Positions 10,426 through 21,500 of a DNA stretch of 64,000 nucleotides are shown here, piece after piece. Within the stretch, counting starts at the first letter, position 1; each line of letters begins with the position of its first letter. The position numbers and the translations under genes are program-made. Below the pieces are notes generated by a model. The model saw only the letters and a program-made list of their open reading frames with translations, was not told where the DNA came from and searched no databases. The stretch covers positions 1-64,000 of the forward strand of contig LT642151.1 in NCBI GenBank assembly GCA_900128585.1. The letters are read 5' to 3'. This stretch comes from Stramenopiles sp. TOSAG23-3. Lineage: Eukaryota.

Positions 10426-11652
10426 ATGGCGGCCTTGGCGATTCTGGAAGAGTACGTGGAGAAGAAAGGGACGCTGGACAACCTGTCGGTGGACGTGGCC
10501 CAAGAGAAGAAGAAGACCTCGTACTTTGTGCCAGTCCCGAACGGGAACTTTTCCGATTTCAAGGATGGCACAAAGATCAAGAAGAAGGTTCAACACTTCA
10601 GAGACGTCGCAGGCTGGATCCCAAGCACTCTCGAGCCCAACAAGATTGGAGTGGAGTCGGGTGTAAAACCTAGAAATAAAGAAATGGCCTGTTACTTCGG
10701 TGCCGGGGTTTCGATCGAGCAGGAGATCCCGGTGGACGTCATCCCAGGTGCGTACTACACGCTAATCATCCACGCCATCAAGTCCGCGGAATCTGCGGAC
10801 TACATCAAGTTGGAAATGGAAATGAAAGGGAAAGTCGTCGCCACGGGGAAAACGCCCAAGCTGAACAAGAAGTGGTGCGAGGGGAGCCTTCAGTACCAGG
10901 TCCCGGGCGGCACGAAGGACGGCCTGAAGCTCACCATCCGCCTGACGGCAAAGAACGCCTGGTCCCAGGTGTGCGCGATTCAGCTGCACGTCGGCGACAG
11001 CCCTGGCGCGTACAAGCGAAACTCCAAGGCGAAGGCAGAGATTAGCGAGCTGGACAAGCGGGAAGTGACGACCTACCCGAAGGAAAACCGCCTGAACACG
11101 GGGTGGTCCATATGGGAGCACAGGAAGCAGCAAGGCCGGTTCATCTCCGACGCGTACTTGGACTCCCTTGTCCGCGTCGCCGATTTCCGCACCGTCGAGC
11201 GGTTCTGGCAGCACTGGCAGCAGCTCCCATTGCCGAGCGAGTTTTTCAACGACGGAAACGGGGTGCGGCAGTTCACCAACCGCCAGATCGAAGGGTTTAG
11301 TGTGTTCCGGGAAGGGGTCGAGCCGAAGTGGGAAGACCCCATGAACGAGAACGGCGGAGAGTGGTACTTTAGAAGAGGCATGCAATTGGACAAATTCGAC
11401 GAGTTCTGGGAGGAGATCGTCTTAGCAATGATAGGAGAGGTGTTAGACCCGGGAACGGAAGAGATTTGTGGGGTCCGTATTGTAGATAAATCGCGCGATA
11501 ACCGCAGAGCGTACCGGTTGGAGGTATGGTTTCGCAATGCCCCCGGGGGGAAACCAGGGCCAGCCGGGGACGAAATCAAGCGAAGGATCGAAGAGGTCCT
11601 TGCCGAACGGGGCGGAAAGTTTACCTTTGATTTCAGGCACCACAAAGGTTAA
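10426..11652 (+). CDS. eIF4E-family cap-binding protein with ~200-aa N-terminal extra domain
   Basis: LNTGWSIWE, FRTVERFW, FSVFREGVEPKWEDPMNENGGEW, FWEEIVLAMIGE, ICGVRIVDK, RLEVW. Confidence 0.9.
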   Translation: MAALAILEEYVEKKGTLDNLSVDVAQEKKKTSYFVPVPNGNFSDFKDGTKIKKKVQHFRDVAGWIPSTLEPNKIGVESGVKPRNKEMACYFGAGVSIEQEIPVDVIPGAYYTLIIHAIKSAESADYIKLEMEMKGKVVATGKTPKLNKKWCEGSLQYQVPGGTKDGLKLTIRLTAKNAWSQVCAIQLHVGDSPGAYKRNSKAKAEISELDKREVTTYPKENRLNTGWSIWEHRKQQGRFISDAYLDSLVRVADFRTVERFWQHWQQLPLPSEFFNDGNGVRQFTNRQIEGFSVFREGVEPKWEDPMNENGGEWYFRRGMQLDKFDEFWEEIVLAMIGEVLDPGTEEICGVRIVDKSRDNRRAYRLEVWFRNAPGGKPGPAGDEIKRRIEEVLAERGGKFTFDFRHHKG

Positions 11653-12555
11653 AGTAGGACGGACGGAAGGAAAACGCAGTCTCTTTCTTTCTACACCCTT
11701 ATGACAATCGATCTCTACCGTGTTGTAAACTTTTGGAAGTGAAACAGAGGAGTATATAAGATATATATTATGTTTGTTAAGTATAACGTATAGCTATGAT
11801 ATAATAAATAAATGAAGAAAACATCATAAAAAACAATCTCACTCTTCTCTTTTTCTTTCCATCATCGTTTTCTTTAAAAGCAATCCAATATGATGTACAA
11901 TACTTAATCGACACAATAATATATAAATATCAATAATTAGAGATTTATGGATGTATAATATATTAAACATTATTAAAACAATAGTCAGGAGAATCTATTG
12001 GGTGGTGCTTAGCCACCCAAAGGAGCGGAGCAAATGCTGTAGTAATATTGTAGTCTAATTAAAGAAAGCCCTATTATAACTAGCCCATTCCGAACGAGGA
12101 AGGAAGGGAAAAAAATGAACCCTATAGTAGTCTTATATATTAATATATTATAATAAAAATTACTATTTGAAGAAATACTTCATCAAGAAGAAGAAGAATA
12201 GAAGAATAAAGAACACATCCTAATAAAATCAATCGCTTTATTCTTCTTCCTCCTCCTCCATCATCATCAATCAATCATCAATCACAAGAACACAACAACA
12301 AAGAAGAGAAGAAGAAGAAAAAAAAGAAGAAGAAGAAGAGGAGCTAACCCATCATTCGAAGAAAAATATTATTCCTGTACTCGTTATATAGCTATTATTA
12401 ATTTATATGATAATTTATAGACTTGAATTGAATTGGGATTGGAATTTGAATGCTCCTCGTCAGCTTCATACAATAGATTTTAAACAATTTCGAATCTTCA
12501 TTTTGTTTTTTCCTTTTTTGGTTTGGTTTGTGTTCTATTTTTGTATAGTGTTGCG

Positions 12556-14250
12556 ATGGAAACGTCGTCGTACGTGGCTCCGGCAACGGAGGAACCGGGA
12601 GGTGGTGCAAATGCCGTGCACGATGACGATGAGCGTCCAGGAAAGTATGCCTCCAAGTTCTTCCTTGGGCATAGCAGGCGTTTATCATTCAATACAAATG
12701 TGTTTGTGCGTTACTACGTCGTTGACATGCTCTCGAACGGGCTTGGTCCGCTGTCCTGGATCGTCGCTGTTCCTGTGTTCGGCAGAAATGGGGCAATAAA
12801 CATGACGTACTTGCCGAACAACTCCTTGAAAAGTTGGGTGGTTCTAACGCTCATGTCGCTGTTGTTCCAGTTTTTCTCTCTCGTCCCTCTGATCGAAACC
12901 GTACTAATTCTGACGGGCGTGCGCACAGAGAGCAACTACAACATTTTCAGCGAAGGCCTCATGGTCTTGGTAGGCATGTTGATCCAGCCCATCCCAAGCG
13001 GCGTTAAGTACGCGTTTATGCAGGAACAGCGTTTCAAAACGGAAGTGCTCGGGCCAAAAGTAACCGCGCGTATAGTGATGAACAGCGACTCGGACACCAC
13101 GACGGACGCCATCGGTCAATGGGTCCGGCCATTGCCAGAAGGCGTTCTCCGGAGCGAAGTGATACGGTCGTTATGGCGCAGTGGAGACCCAGAGGACGGG
13201 CAACGGTTGGGACTAACCTTGGACAAGAGGCGGCCGATTGACCGGGAAACCGGGGGCGGTGCGGAGAAAAGTTCGTTCCGACTGGGGGAACGGATCAGTT
13301 TGGAGAGAATTATGCTCGGGGTGATCCGGCGACAGAGCGGGAAAATGCAATGGCAGTTCAACCGTAAATTCCACCCTTACATATACTTTTGCGCCATCGC
13401 AATAATTGTTTCGGTCAACCCACTGTACAAGCGGTTCATCCTTGGACTCCCCCCGTTCGGGAGCGACACGCTTGAGGTTTTGGCGAGCGTTGCAACGATG
13501 TTCAATCTGTGCCTGATCTTGATGGCGGGAACTGTACTTCGGCCATTGATATGTGCGAGTGGTCATCTATCTCGAAATCGGCGAATTTTGAAAGACTACA
13601 CCCGGCTGCTGCTGCCCTCGCTCGACATAGGAAAGGGTTGGGCGACGCGGATGAAGGGTGGGGTGGACGGGATGGGGGAGTGCGATGAACTGGGCCTCCT
13701 TTCAAGGCCCGTCCCAACGGTTGAGATAACGAAACGAAGCATCAAGGTTTGGGCACGGGGACGGGAGGCGCTTCTCGAGTTTGGCAAAGTCTACTGGCTT
13801 CGCCTGTCTATTTTTGTTGGCTGCCTCCTGATCGAGGTCGGGTTTCTGGTGCTGGTGCTGTTCACGCAGTTGATACTTTCCCTTCTTCTCGGAACCCGCA
13901 TGCAAATAAGCGCGTTCGTTTTTATCGTCGCAGCACTTCTCGTCATATTTGTCCTGCTCTTTGGCCTGGTGGTTCTGGAAGGTATGCACACGACCCGGTC
14001 GAAGAAAATTTTGCGAACAGCGTTGCTGAGAACGGCGCGACATTTCTCTCTCTCCAAGGCGGGCGCCAACGACGACGCCGAGGGGGTTGAGAGTGAGCTC
14101 CGGAAAGTTGCCATGGAAATTGAAAGCGAACTGGTCTCCCACCCTGTTAAGCTTTTGGGCATGCCCTTGAACTTTACAATGCTGGAATCATTGGTTGGTG
14201 CGATCGTTGGAATGGGATTGGTTTTTTACCAAGTTACAATTAATAATTAA
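12556..14250 (+). CDS. Multi-pass (~7 TM) membrane protein, candidate gustatory-receptor-like/7TMIC family
   Basis: About seven hydrophobic segments. C-terminal PVKLLGMPLNFTMLESLVGAIVGMGLVFYQ resembles GR/GRL TM7. The membrane-protein call is solid; the family call is tentative. Confidence 0.6.
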   Translation: METSSYVAPATEEPGGGANAVHDDDERPGKYASKFFLGHSRRLSFNTNVFVRYYVVDMLSNGLGPLSWIVAVPVFGRNGAINMTYLPNNSLKSWVVLTLMSLLFQFFSLVPLIETVLILTGVRTESNYNIFSEGLMVLVGMLIQPIPSGVKYAFMQEQRFKTEVLGPKVTARIVMNSDSDTTTDAIGQWVRPLPEGVLRSEVIRSLWRSGDPEDGQRLGLTLDKRRPIDRETGGGAEKSSFRLGERISLERIMLGVIRRQSGKMQWQFNRKFHPYIYFCAIAIIVSVNPLYKRFILGLPPFGSDTLEVLASVATMFNLCLILMAGTVLRPLICASGHLSRNRRILKDYTRLLLPSLDIGKGWATRMKGGVDGMGECDELGLLSRPVPTVEITKRSIKVWARGREALLEFGKVYWLRLSIFVGCLLIEVGFLVLVLFTQLILSLLLGTRMQISAFVFIVAALLVIFVLLFGLVVLEGMHTTRSKKILRTALLRTARHFSLSKAGANDDAEGVESELRKVAMEIESELVSHPVKLLGMPLNFTMLESLVGAIVGMGLVFYQVTINN

Positions 14251-14731
14251 ATAAATTCGAAAAAAGTACGATAATAATCAAAATACTGGGGTACGCGGTT
14301 AGAAAACAATATTACGAAAAATATAGAATTAAGTCGAAGTGTTGAATCTTCATTTTGTTTTTTCCTTTTTTGGTTGTTGTTTATATATACCCTATTTGTA
14401 TCACTATAAAGAGAGATACCCTGTGCCCAAACTTATGCCTACACTTGTGCCCCGCCCTCCTCATTTCTTCCTCTCCAGATTATTTTTTTTTGTGTGTGTG
14501 TGTGTTGTTGTTGGTGGTGTGTTGTGTGTTTATTATTATTTTTTGACCCACCCACGATATTATATTTTCGATTAGACCTTTTTTTCGTGGTTTACAATTC
14601 ACAAACACTTTCGTTCAAACAATAAATATGGTTCAGTTCAATAATAACAATAAAGAAAAGCGCGTGCATATTATAGTATAGGAACATTACGTATATGTAA
14701 GAAATAAAACACCGCAAACGCAGTTTTCAAC

Positions 14732-16963
14732 ATGTTGACAACAGCACCGAGCGGGGAAGAGATTGCAACAGCGCCGAATGTGAAAGAAATAACGAGGGAA
14801 ATTTCGTTAACAGAAGTGTCTGTGGAAGTAACAAGCAGATCGGATGGGTATATGCCTCCTACGTTAGCACATGCAATGTCTAAGCATCAACTTGTTCTTC
14901 ATAAATCAGAACATATGGTGTCTGTACATGGTCAAACTGGAGGGTTAAAGGAGACATTTAAGTTGTTGGATACAGATGGTGACGGGGAAATTGACAAGTC
15001 TGAACTCTGTGAGTTAATAAACGCTGCGCAGCATAAATGTAATTTTCATTTGGATGAAATTACAATTCAAAAAATTGCAGATGCTTTGTTATCGGATGTT
15101 GATAAAGACGATTCTGGCACAATTGATGTGGATGAATTTGTTGGCATGTTCACCAAAAACAAGAAATTAATGGCCTTGTTTACCAAGCAGCCGGCTACCA
15201 CTGCAGAAAAAAATAACACTGGTGGTGGTAATGACAAAAATCACGATAATATGGGTCATAATAACAGTAGGAAAGGCAAACGTCCAACTTTACACCATGC
15301 GGATACGTACGCAGAACCGCGAATTTCGGTATGCGGCTCATGGGCGGAATCAAAACGGCATCAGTTAGTAGCCCTTCGAAATAAACGATTATATGGTTGG
15401 ATTACGTTTTACGGAATTGTTAATCTTGCATTTTTTGTGTACAAATATATAGAGTATTACAATCGGCCGGAAGCACAGGCGGTTATGGGGCATTGCATTT
15501 GCATTGCAAGGGGATCAGCACAAGCGATCAATTTCAATTCTTTTCTAATCTTGCTGCCAATGTGCAAGCACGTTATGACTTACATTAGGCAGTCAAGGTT
15601 ACGTTTTATTCTGCCGTTGGATTTATACCTTGAGACGCACATGATGATTGGCACGGCGCTTGTGATGTTTGCTATTGCACATGTATTTGCACATATCTGT
15701 GACTTTGTATTGATTGCAGATACTGAAAACGCGAGCGACAAAGAGCTCGAAGCCCTTTTCGGGGGCGGTGTGTCTTTTCCATCTACCTCGGGGGAGCGTT
15801 GGGGGGTATTATTAAGCAGTCGTGCTGCCATAACTGGGTTCTTAATGTGCCTGTGTTTTGCTGTTGCATACCCACTTTCGTTGACGCCTGGCTTTTTTCC
15901 TCGCATAAAAAAGGCGATACGTATGAAATCTGGTACTTTTTTCAACGCGTTTTGGTACGCGCACCATTTGTTTGTTCTAGCATTGGCGTTGCTGTGCGTT
16001 CACGGGACTCAAAATTTGTTGGAACATTTCCAAACTTTGTTTTGGGTTGGGGTGCCCCTTTTGTGTTATGTTCTTTCGAAAATACTCCGCGCCATTCAGC
16101 GACCAGTGAAGGTGATCTCGGCGACAGCAAAAAGTGGGGATGTGCTGGAATTACGGCTCGAAAAACCAGCGTCATGGAAGAAGTGGCCTTTATGCTTTGG
16201 GAAAGATCGTCTTCAACCAGGAATGTACGCCTTTCTTAATATCCCATCTATATCCTCAACAGAATGGCACCCGTTTTCTTTAACATCAGCCCCAGGGGAT
16301 GACTTTATCGAGTTTCATATCAGGTCCGTCGGGGATTGGACCAATGCGTTGCTGAAGACTTTTCAAAACGGGGGCGAGAAAGCCATGGAGACGACAAAGG
16401 TTTTTGTAGACGGACCGTTGGGGGCTAGCTCCGAAGGTTATCTAGACTATGATATTGTGGTATTAATTGGGGCTGGGATTGGCATCACACCAATGGCTAG
16501 CATAGTTCGGCACTTAATTTCAGAACGCGATGGTTTAAAGAAGGCTTACTTTTTTTGGGCAACTCGTGATCGAAGCGCATTTGGTTGGTTTAAAACAGTA
16601 ATGGAGGACTTGTATGAACACGACAAGCAAGGGGTCGCTGAGTTGCACAATTTTCTTACCCGGGCAAAAGAAGATTCAAGTGATTTAGGGACTGCTTTGT
16701 TAGAGTATGCTCGGGAAATCAAGTTTAAAAGCGCAGGGGAAGATCTTGTGCTTGGAATGCATTCAACAAGAATGCTCGAGCTTGGTCGGCCTAAATGGGA
16801 TAGTGAATTCAAGTTAATCCGGGACAAGGCTTTAGAGTTAGGGGTAAAAAAGGTTGGAGTTTTCTTTTGTGGACCCTTGCGAATGGGATCAGCGATCTCA
16901 AAATCTTGCGAAATCAAAGGCAAAAGCGGCGTCGAGTTTGTCTTTACGAAGGAGACATTTTGA
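14732..16963 (+). CDS. EF-hand NADPH oxidase (NOX5/RBOH-like)
   Basis: EF-hands DTDGDGEIDKSE and DKDDSGTIDVDE. Heme His pairs in HMMIG..AHVFAH and FWYAHHL..HG. FAD motif HPFSLTSAP, NADPH motif GAGIGITP, VFFCGP, terminal KETF. Confidence 0.95.
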   Translation: MLTTAPSGEEIATAPNVKEITREISLTEVSVEVTSRSDGYMPPTLAHAMSKHQLVLHKSEHMVSVHGQTGGLKETFKLLDTDGDGEIDKSELCELINAAQHKCNFHLDEITIQKIADALLSDVDKDDSGTIDVDEFVGMFTKNKKLMALFTKQPATTAEKNNTGGGNDKNHDNMGHNNSRKGKRPTLHHADTYAEPRISVCGSWAESKRHQLVALRNKRLYGWITFYGIVNLAFFVYKYIEYYNRPEAQAVMGHCICIARGSAQAINFNSFLILLPMCKHVMTYIRQSRLRFILPLDLYLETHMMIGTALVMFAIAHVFAHICDFVLIADTENASDKELEALFGGGVSFPSTSGERWGVLLSSRAAITGFLMCLCFAVAYPLSLTPGFFPRIKKAIRMKSGTFFNAFWYAHHLFVLALALLCVHGTQNLLEHFQTLFWVGVPLLCYVLSKILRAIQRPVKVISATAKSGDVLELRLEKPASWKKWPLCFGKDRLQPGMYAFLNIPSISSTEWHPFSLTSAPGDDFIEFHIRSVGDWTNALLKTFQNGGEKAMETTKVFVDGPLGASSEGYLDYDIVVLIGAGIGITPMASIVRHLISERDGLKKAYFFWATRDRSAFGWFKTVMEDLYEHDKQGVAELHNFLTRAKEDSSDLGTALLEYAREIKFKSAGEDLVLGMHSTRMLELGRPKWDSEFKLIRDKALELGVKKVGVFFCGPLRMGSAISKSCEIKGKSGVEFVFTKETF

Positions 16964-17152
16964 GTTTAAAACTTACCCCGACTGTGACCTTTTTGTATTT
17001 TCTCCCAGAAATTGATTTAATAAACTGCGACAGATAAAACTGACTTCCAAGTTAGTTAGACATCGTCTCAACATTTAAAATTTTAATTAATATAGACAAC
17101 GAGCCCCTTTAAAACATTTATGCCGCTGTGTACTTTTAAGACCAATCAATTG

Positions 17153-17263
17153 GAATCTTGACCAGAACTTGATAATTAAATTTAGCTTCGTCGTCTTGTT
17201 TTAAATATAAAAAAAATCTTAAGATTCAGCCAATTTTCTTGTTTTTAAAACAAGAAAATTGGC
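17153..17263. repeat. Copy of modular intergenic repeat, including a perfect 17-bp-arm palindrome
   Basis: GAATCTTGACCAGAACTTG (identical to 34895-34913), then ATAATTAAATTTAGCTTC, then GCCAATTTTCTTGTTTT-T-AAAACAAGAAAATTGGC (17229-17263). Confidence 0.85.
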
Positions 17264-17458
17264 CAATTATTTAAAAAAATAATAAAAAGAAAGTTAAGAA
17301 GAACTTCACACTCCAGAACCATCTTGATTCTTAAGAATGATTTTCGTAATAATAACAAGCAAGAACCACTTCGTAGATATTATAATCTTCTTTCCTTTTC
17401 TGGAAGTAAATTCACGCGCCTGAGTTTCAGTAAAACTCATTCCTTTCACAACGCAAAG

Positions 17459-18151
17459 ATGGGCATAGCTGGATCGCGTGATGAGCTCCGTACACGGTTT
17501 GAATACTTGGCAGTAGGTGTTGCTCTCCCCTACGTCGGTAGGGCGTTGGGAGATTTAGTGTTGAAAAAACTNNNNNNNNNNNNNNNNNNNNNNNNNNNNN
17601 NNNNNNNNNNNNNNNNNNNNNNNNNNNNNNNNNNNNNNNNCGGCACCCAACAATGGCTCGGATGCGCCGTGGCAGCACGAGAAGGCATCTACTTTCTGTT
17701 GACAGTTTTAGGGTGTTGTACAAACCCAGCCTACTTGCTGACTGATATCAAGGCGGAATGGAAGGACGACAAGGGTTTTGTACTCCTTTATATATTTGCA
17801 CCCGAAAAGTATGTGATGGCAGTCATAGCGGAAGGTTGTTATATCGGATGCGGGGACTTCTCCTGGAAGTTTCTCACTTTCCTCGACTTGTTCGGCATTG
17901 CCGCATTGGTCGCCGCCATTGTCAACGATCATATGTATCCCGCAATGATGATTGGGTACTCTGTGACGACGCTGGGTGGATTTGTGCTTTTAGGTCGGTA
18001 TGTGTATGTTCGGTGTGTATGGGAACTCCGTTCACCTTTCGACCTTTTACGCATACACATACCATGGACCGCCAGGGATGAAGAAAGAGCAGCTGAGGAA
18101 ACTTGGCGCAAAGTGCAAGAGTACAACCGACGAGCAAAATACCAGGGGTAA
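17459..18151 (+). CDS. Uncharacterised multi-pass membrane protein spanning an assembly gap
   Basis: Hydrophobic segments (GIYFLLTVLG, VLLYIFAPEKYV, LFGIAALVAAIV, MIGYSVTTLGGFVLL). N run at 17572-17640, so frame continuity across the gap is unverified. Confidence 0.55.
   Translation: MGIAGSRDELRTRFEYLAVGVALPYVGRALGDLVLKKXXXXXXXXXXXXXXXXXXXXXXXXGTQQWLGCAVAAREGIYFLLTVLGCCTNPAYLLTDIKAEWKDDKGFVLLYIFAPEKYVMAVIAEGCYIGCGDFSWKFLTFLDLFGIAALVAAIVNDHMYPAMMIGYSVTTLGGFVLLGRYVYVRCVWELRSPFDLLRIHIPWTARDEERAAEETWRKVQEYNRRAKYQG
17572..17640. other. Assembly gap (N run)
   Basis: 69 N bases. Confidence 1.
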
Positions 18152-18270
18152 CTATTATAATCTTTCATTGTGATTTTAATTAGTGGGTCCGCATACCACA
18201 TTTGGTAAATCCCTCATAAATTATTCCACATGGTCCATCGGAAAAAAAAAACAAAAAAAAAACTCAATCT

Positions 18271-18366
18271 CTAGAATTGCGAACCGGACGACCTGTCGCT
18301 CGTTGCATTGCCATTCTCTGAGATAACGCTTCCCGCCGCGCAATCTGTCATACGTGTGCAGGCGTG
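18271..18366 (-). pseudogene. Fragment of a TNFR-like cysteine-rich repeat abutting an assembly gap
   Basis: The minus strand reads HACTRMTDCAAGSVISENGNATSDRSSGSQF*. It is a GC-rich island between AT-rich DNA and the Ns. Confidence 0.4.
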
Positions 18367-18381
18367 NNNNNNNNNNNNNNN
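18367..18381. other. Assembly gap (N run)
   Basis: 15 N bases. Confidence 1.
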
Positions 18382-18430
18382 GTATCATAATTAAATTTTA
18401 GCTTCCTCATACCCTAATTCTTGTTTTTAG
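18382..18430. repeat. Copy of modular intergenic repeat (module B)
   Basis: ATAATTAAATTTTAGCTTCCTCATACCCTAAT nearly matches the reverse complement of 54134-54166. Confidence 0.75.
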
Positions 18431-18560
18431 ATTCAATAAAGGTGGACTTAATTTTTTTCTTCCTTTTTTCATTTCAATACTACTACTCGCTCTTAAAAAA
18501 TATTCCTTGTACTTTAAAATTAAAAAACTTTTGGTGTATCTGCTAAAATATATTGCCTTT

Positions 18561-21500
18561 TTATTTTCTTAGAAAGGCCGTTTGTTTTTTCAATCTTTGG
18601 CGTAGAGAGTACGCTCGAGCCCCAACTGACTGCTGGCCCGAATAGGGCGACGATTGACTATTCACAAGGTTTTCGTTATTCAAATGGTGTGTAGGGGTTG
18701 GCCTTCCGCCGACAGTAGAATTCTGTTTCCCATACGCGCGACTTCTGTGGACGGCTGGGGTAACGTATGCACGGTTTTTCTCCCGTGAGCTGGACTGCTG
18801 CGACTCCTGATACCTTCGAATCGAATCAAGTTGCATTGAAATTTCGACCGAACCTGAACGGTGAAGGCGAACCATAGGCTCTCCCTCTCCTTTTCCGTGG
18901 GCCTTAGAATTGGTGCTTCTCGCGCTCCATTTGTTGTTGTCTCTGTTGATAATCCAACCCACTGCTTTATTATCAGAAAAGACAGGGGTCAGAATTTGGT
19001 CCCTCTCCTTCAATTGTTTTGACCGGTGCCGGCGTTGAGCAGGATGAACAGCAGGCTTGCTCTGTTTCGCTAGCAGCGATGCATCCTTCACTCTTACCCG
19101 TTCCTCGTTCTTTCTTTCCGTCTCCCTAAGCTTGAGGAGTTCCTTACGCGAAGCACTGGCGGTCGCAATTTTGTCGTCCGCTTTCCGCAGCAATTCCAGG
19201 TGTTCTCGTATCCTCTTTGCAGCCGAAACGGCATCCTCTGCCGACACATGTTTTAATCCCTCACTTGACTCTCGTTTAACACTAGCATCTACATTATCGC
19301 GGTCGATCGTGATACTTTCATCTTCATGACTGCCTTCATAAAATTGAAGTTCCTTGAGCATAGCGTCTTTTTCATTATCGTACGCATCCTTCGTTTCTAC
19401 CGAAGCAGCCGCTTTTCGTGCCGCAGATTTTAATTTTTCAGTTTCTGACGCCATTCGCTGGATTTGAATCATCGTCTCCTGCGTATTACTTGCTGCTTTG
19501 TCAATGTCTGATATGACCATGGGTGGGTCGTGCGGTTCTTTATGTGCATCTGCAAAAGTGCCGTCAACACTGGCATCGCTCTCTGTGCATACAGAGACGG
19601 TATTAGTGTCTGCGGTTACGCTCACACCAACATCAGCCGTGAGATTGAACGGCGCAGCTGCAGTCGTTGTACTAGATGTGCTTAGCTCCACGTTTGCAAT
19701 TGTGCCAACATCTGCCGACTTGTTTTCAGTCTGCAGCCCCACGTCAGCCCGCTCTGCCGGTTTAATGCGCGTTACCGTCGCGCTCGTGCCGGCATCTACC
19801 AACGCGGCATCGGTTTGTAACCCCACATCTTCCTGTGGTGTCGGTGGGAACTCCGCCAAGCTCGCACTCGTGCCAACATCTGACGAGTTATATTCGGTTT
19901 GCAGTCCCGTATCGACCTGTTCTACTGCGCAGAGGGACATGTCGGTGAGCGTTCCAATGCTTACATGGTCTATAGAATAGCGTGTTACAACCTCAGCGGC
20001 GACCGAACTCTGCGCAATCTTTTCCAATTCTGATATGTGTGCTGTCGCCTGCCGCAACCGTTCTTCCACCCCAACGCGAGCTTGAAACTCTTCCCCGAGA
20101 GCTTCTTCTGCAGCTTCTGCGCGTTCTTCTAGAGCAAGGCGCTTGGTTTCGTATTCTGCGCATTCCACGCTGTCTTTCTCCTTATGACCGTCTGCAGACG
20201 CCGTTGGCCCGTCTGACTGGACAGGCGAACAGAGCCCCACAGCATTGTTTTCGAACAAGTGCTCCGTTTGAAGTTTAAAAAACTCTTGCTGGATGGCTTC
20301 GCAACGCTCGTTAGCAGATTTTAAGGCATCTTCTGCGCATTTTCGGGCCACTATTTCTTTTGAAACGTTGGCTTCGGCCCCCATAGCTCGAATTTTCATT
20401 GCAGACAATTCATCCAAAACTTGGTCGTTCACTATTTCTAGATTTTCTGATGACAGGAGCAGAATATCATCGGTATTTACTGCAGCAGAGACCGTTTCGA
20501 CTGAGGCTGTTGTTCCCACTTCAACGTCAGGGCGCGCTAGCGTGTTGGTGGAGCTCGAAGCGGTCGAGCATGACGCCAATGTCCCTACGTCTGTTACTTT
20601 CTTTTCAGCTTTTCCCCCTTCTTCAAAACATGGCGACGTACCTACAGATTCAGTGTTTAACAGAATATCATCAGTATTTACTGCAGCAGAGACCGTTTCG
20701 ACTGAGGCTGTTGTTCCCACTTCAACGTCAGGGCGCACTTGCGTGTTGGTGGAGCTCGAAACGGTCGAGCATGACGCCAATGTCCCTACGTCTGTTACTT
20801 TCTTTTTAGCTTTTTCCCCTTCTTCAAAACATGGCGACGTACCTACAGATTTAGTGTTGCTTAACGCACTTCCACGAGCATTTGGGGCACTATAACGCTC
20901 GACGTAAGAATTTTCTGAATCTGCCTGAGTTTCTGCGTCCACGCCGCGACGACTTTCAGTGAGTGTACTTTTTGACACATTTGCTGTCGAAACAATGATT
21001 CCAATATGTGCCTTAGACACGACCTCGTCCTTCTCCACGGTGGTCATTGTGCCGGAAGATACCACTTGTGCCGGCTCTGCATCGGCATCGACTTGCGAAA
21101 AATTAGCGGTGCTTGACGTATTTTTAGTCTCGATTGTGGGTGTCATGGTTGCCTTGGTTTTCGACTCGAACATTTTAACAAGTGCTGGCACGCTTCTAGG
21201 TTTTGACAATTGGGACTGGTGTTGTCCACAGAAACCATTGTCATACGCTGCCGAAGAATTGACACACTGCTGTCCTTTATTTTCCCCGCTGGCAAGGATC
21301 CCCAAACAGCGCGTGGGGCGTTCGCTTCTGTCGTCATATGGAACATCGGGCTGTGTCATTGTCGAGGAATCGACAAGTAAAGCAGCGAAATCGATTGTAC
21401 CAGTCGCAGCGTTCGATTGGGAGAGACGAGCGGTCTGCGTGTCTTTGCATTCGTTTGCACAGGTAGCTTGGACAAGTTTGGCTTCGGCGCCTGTGCCAAT

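Noticed and set aside
11998-12020. TTGGGTGG-N7-CCACCCAA hairpin
   Set aside because: Single 8-bp stem with no second copy or supporting context.
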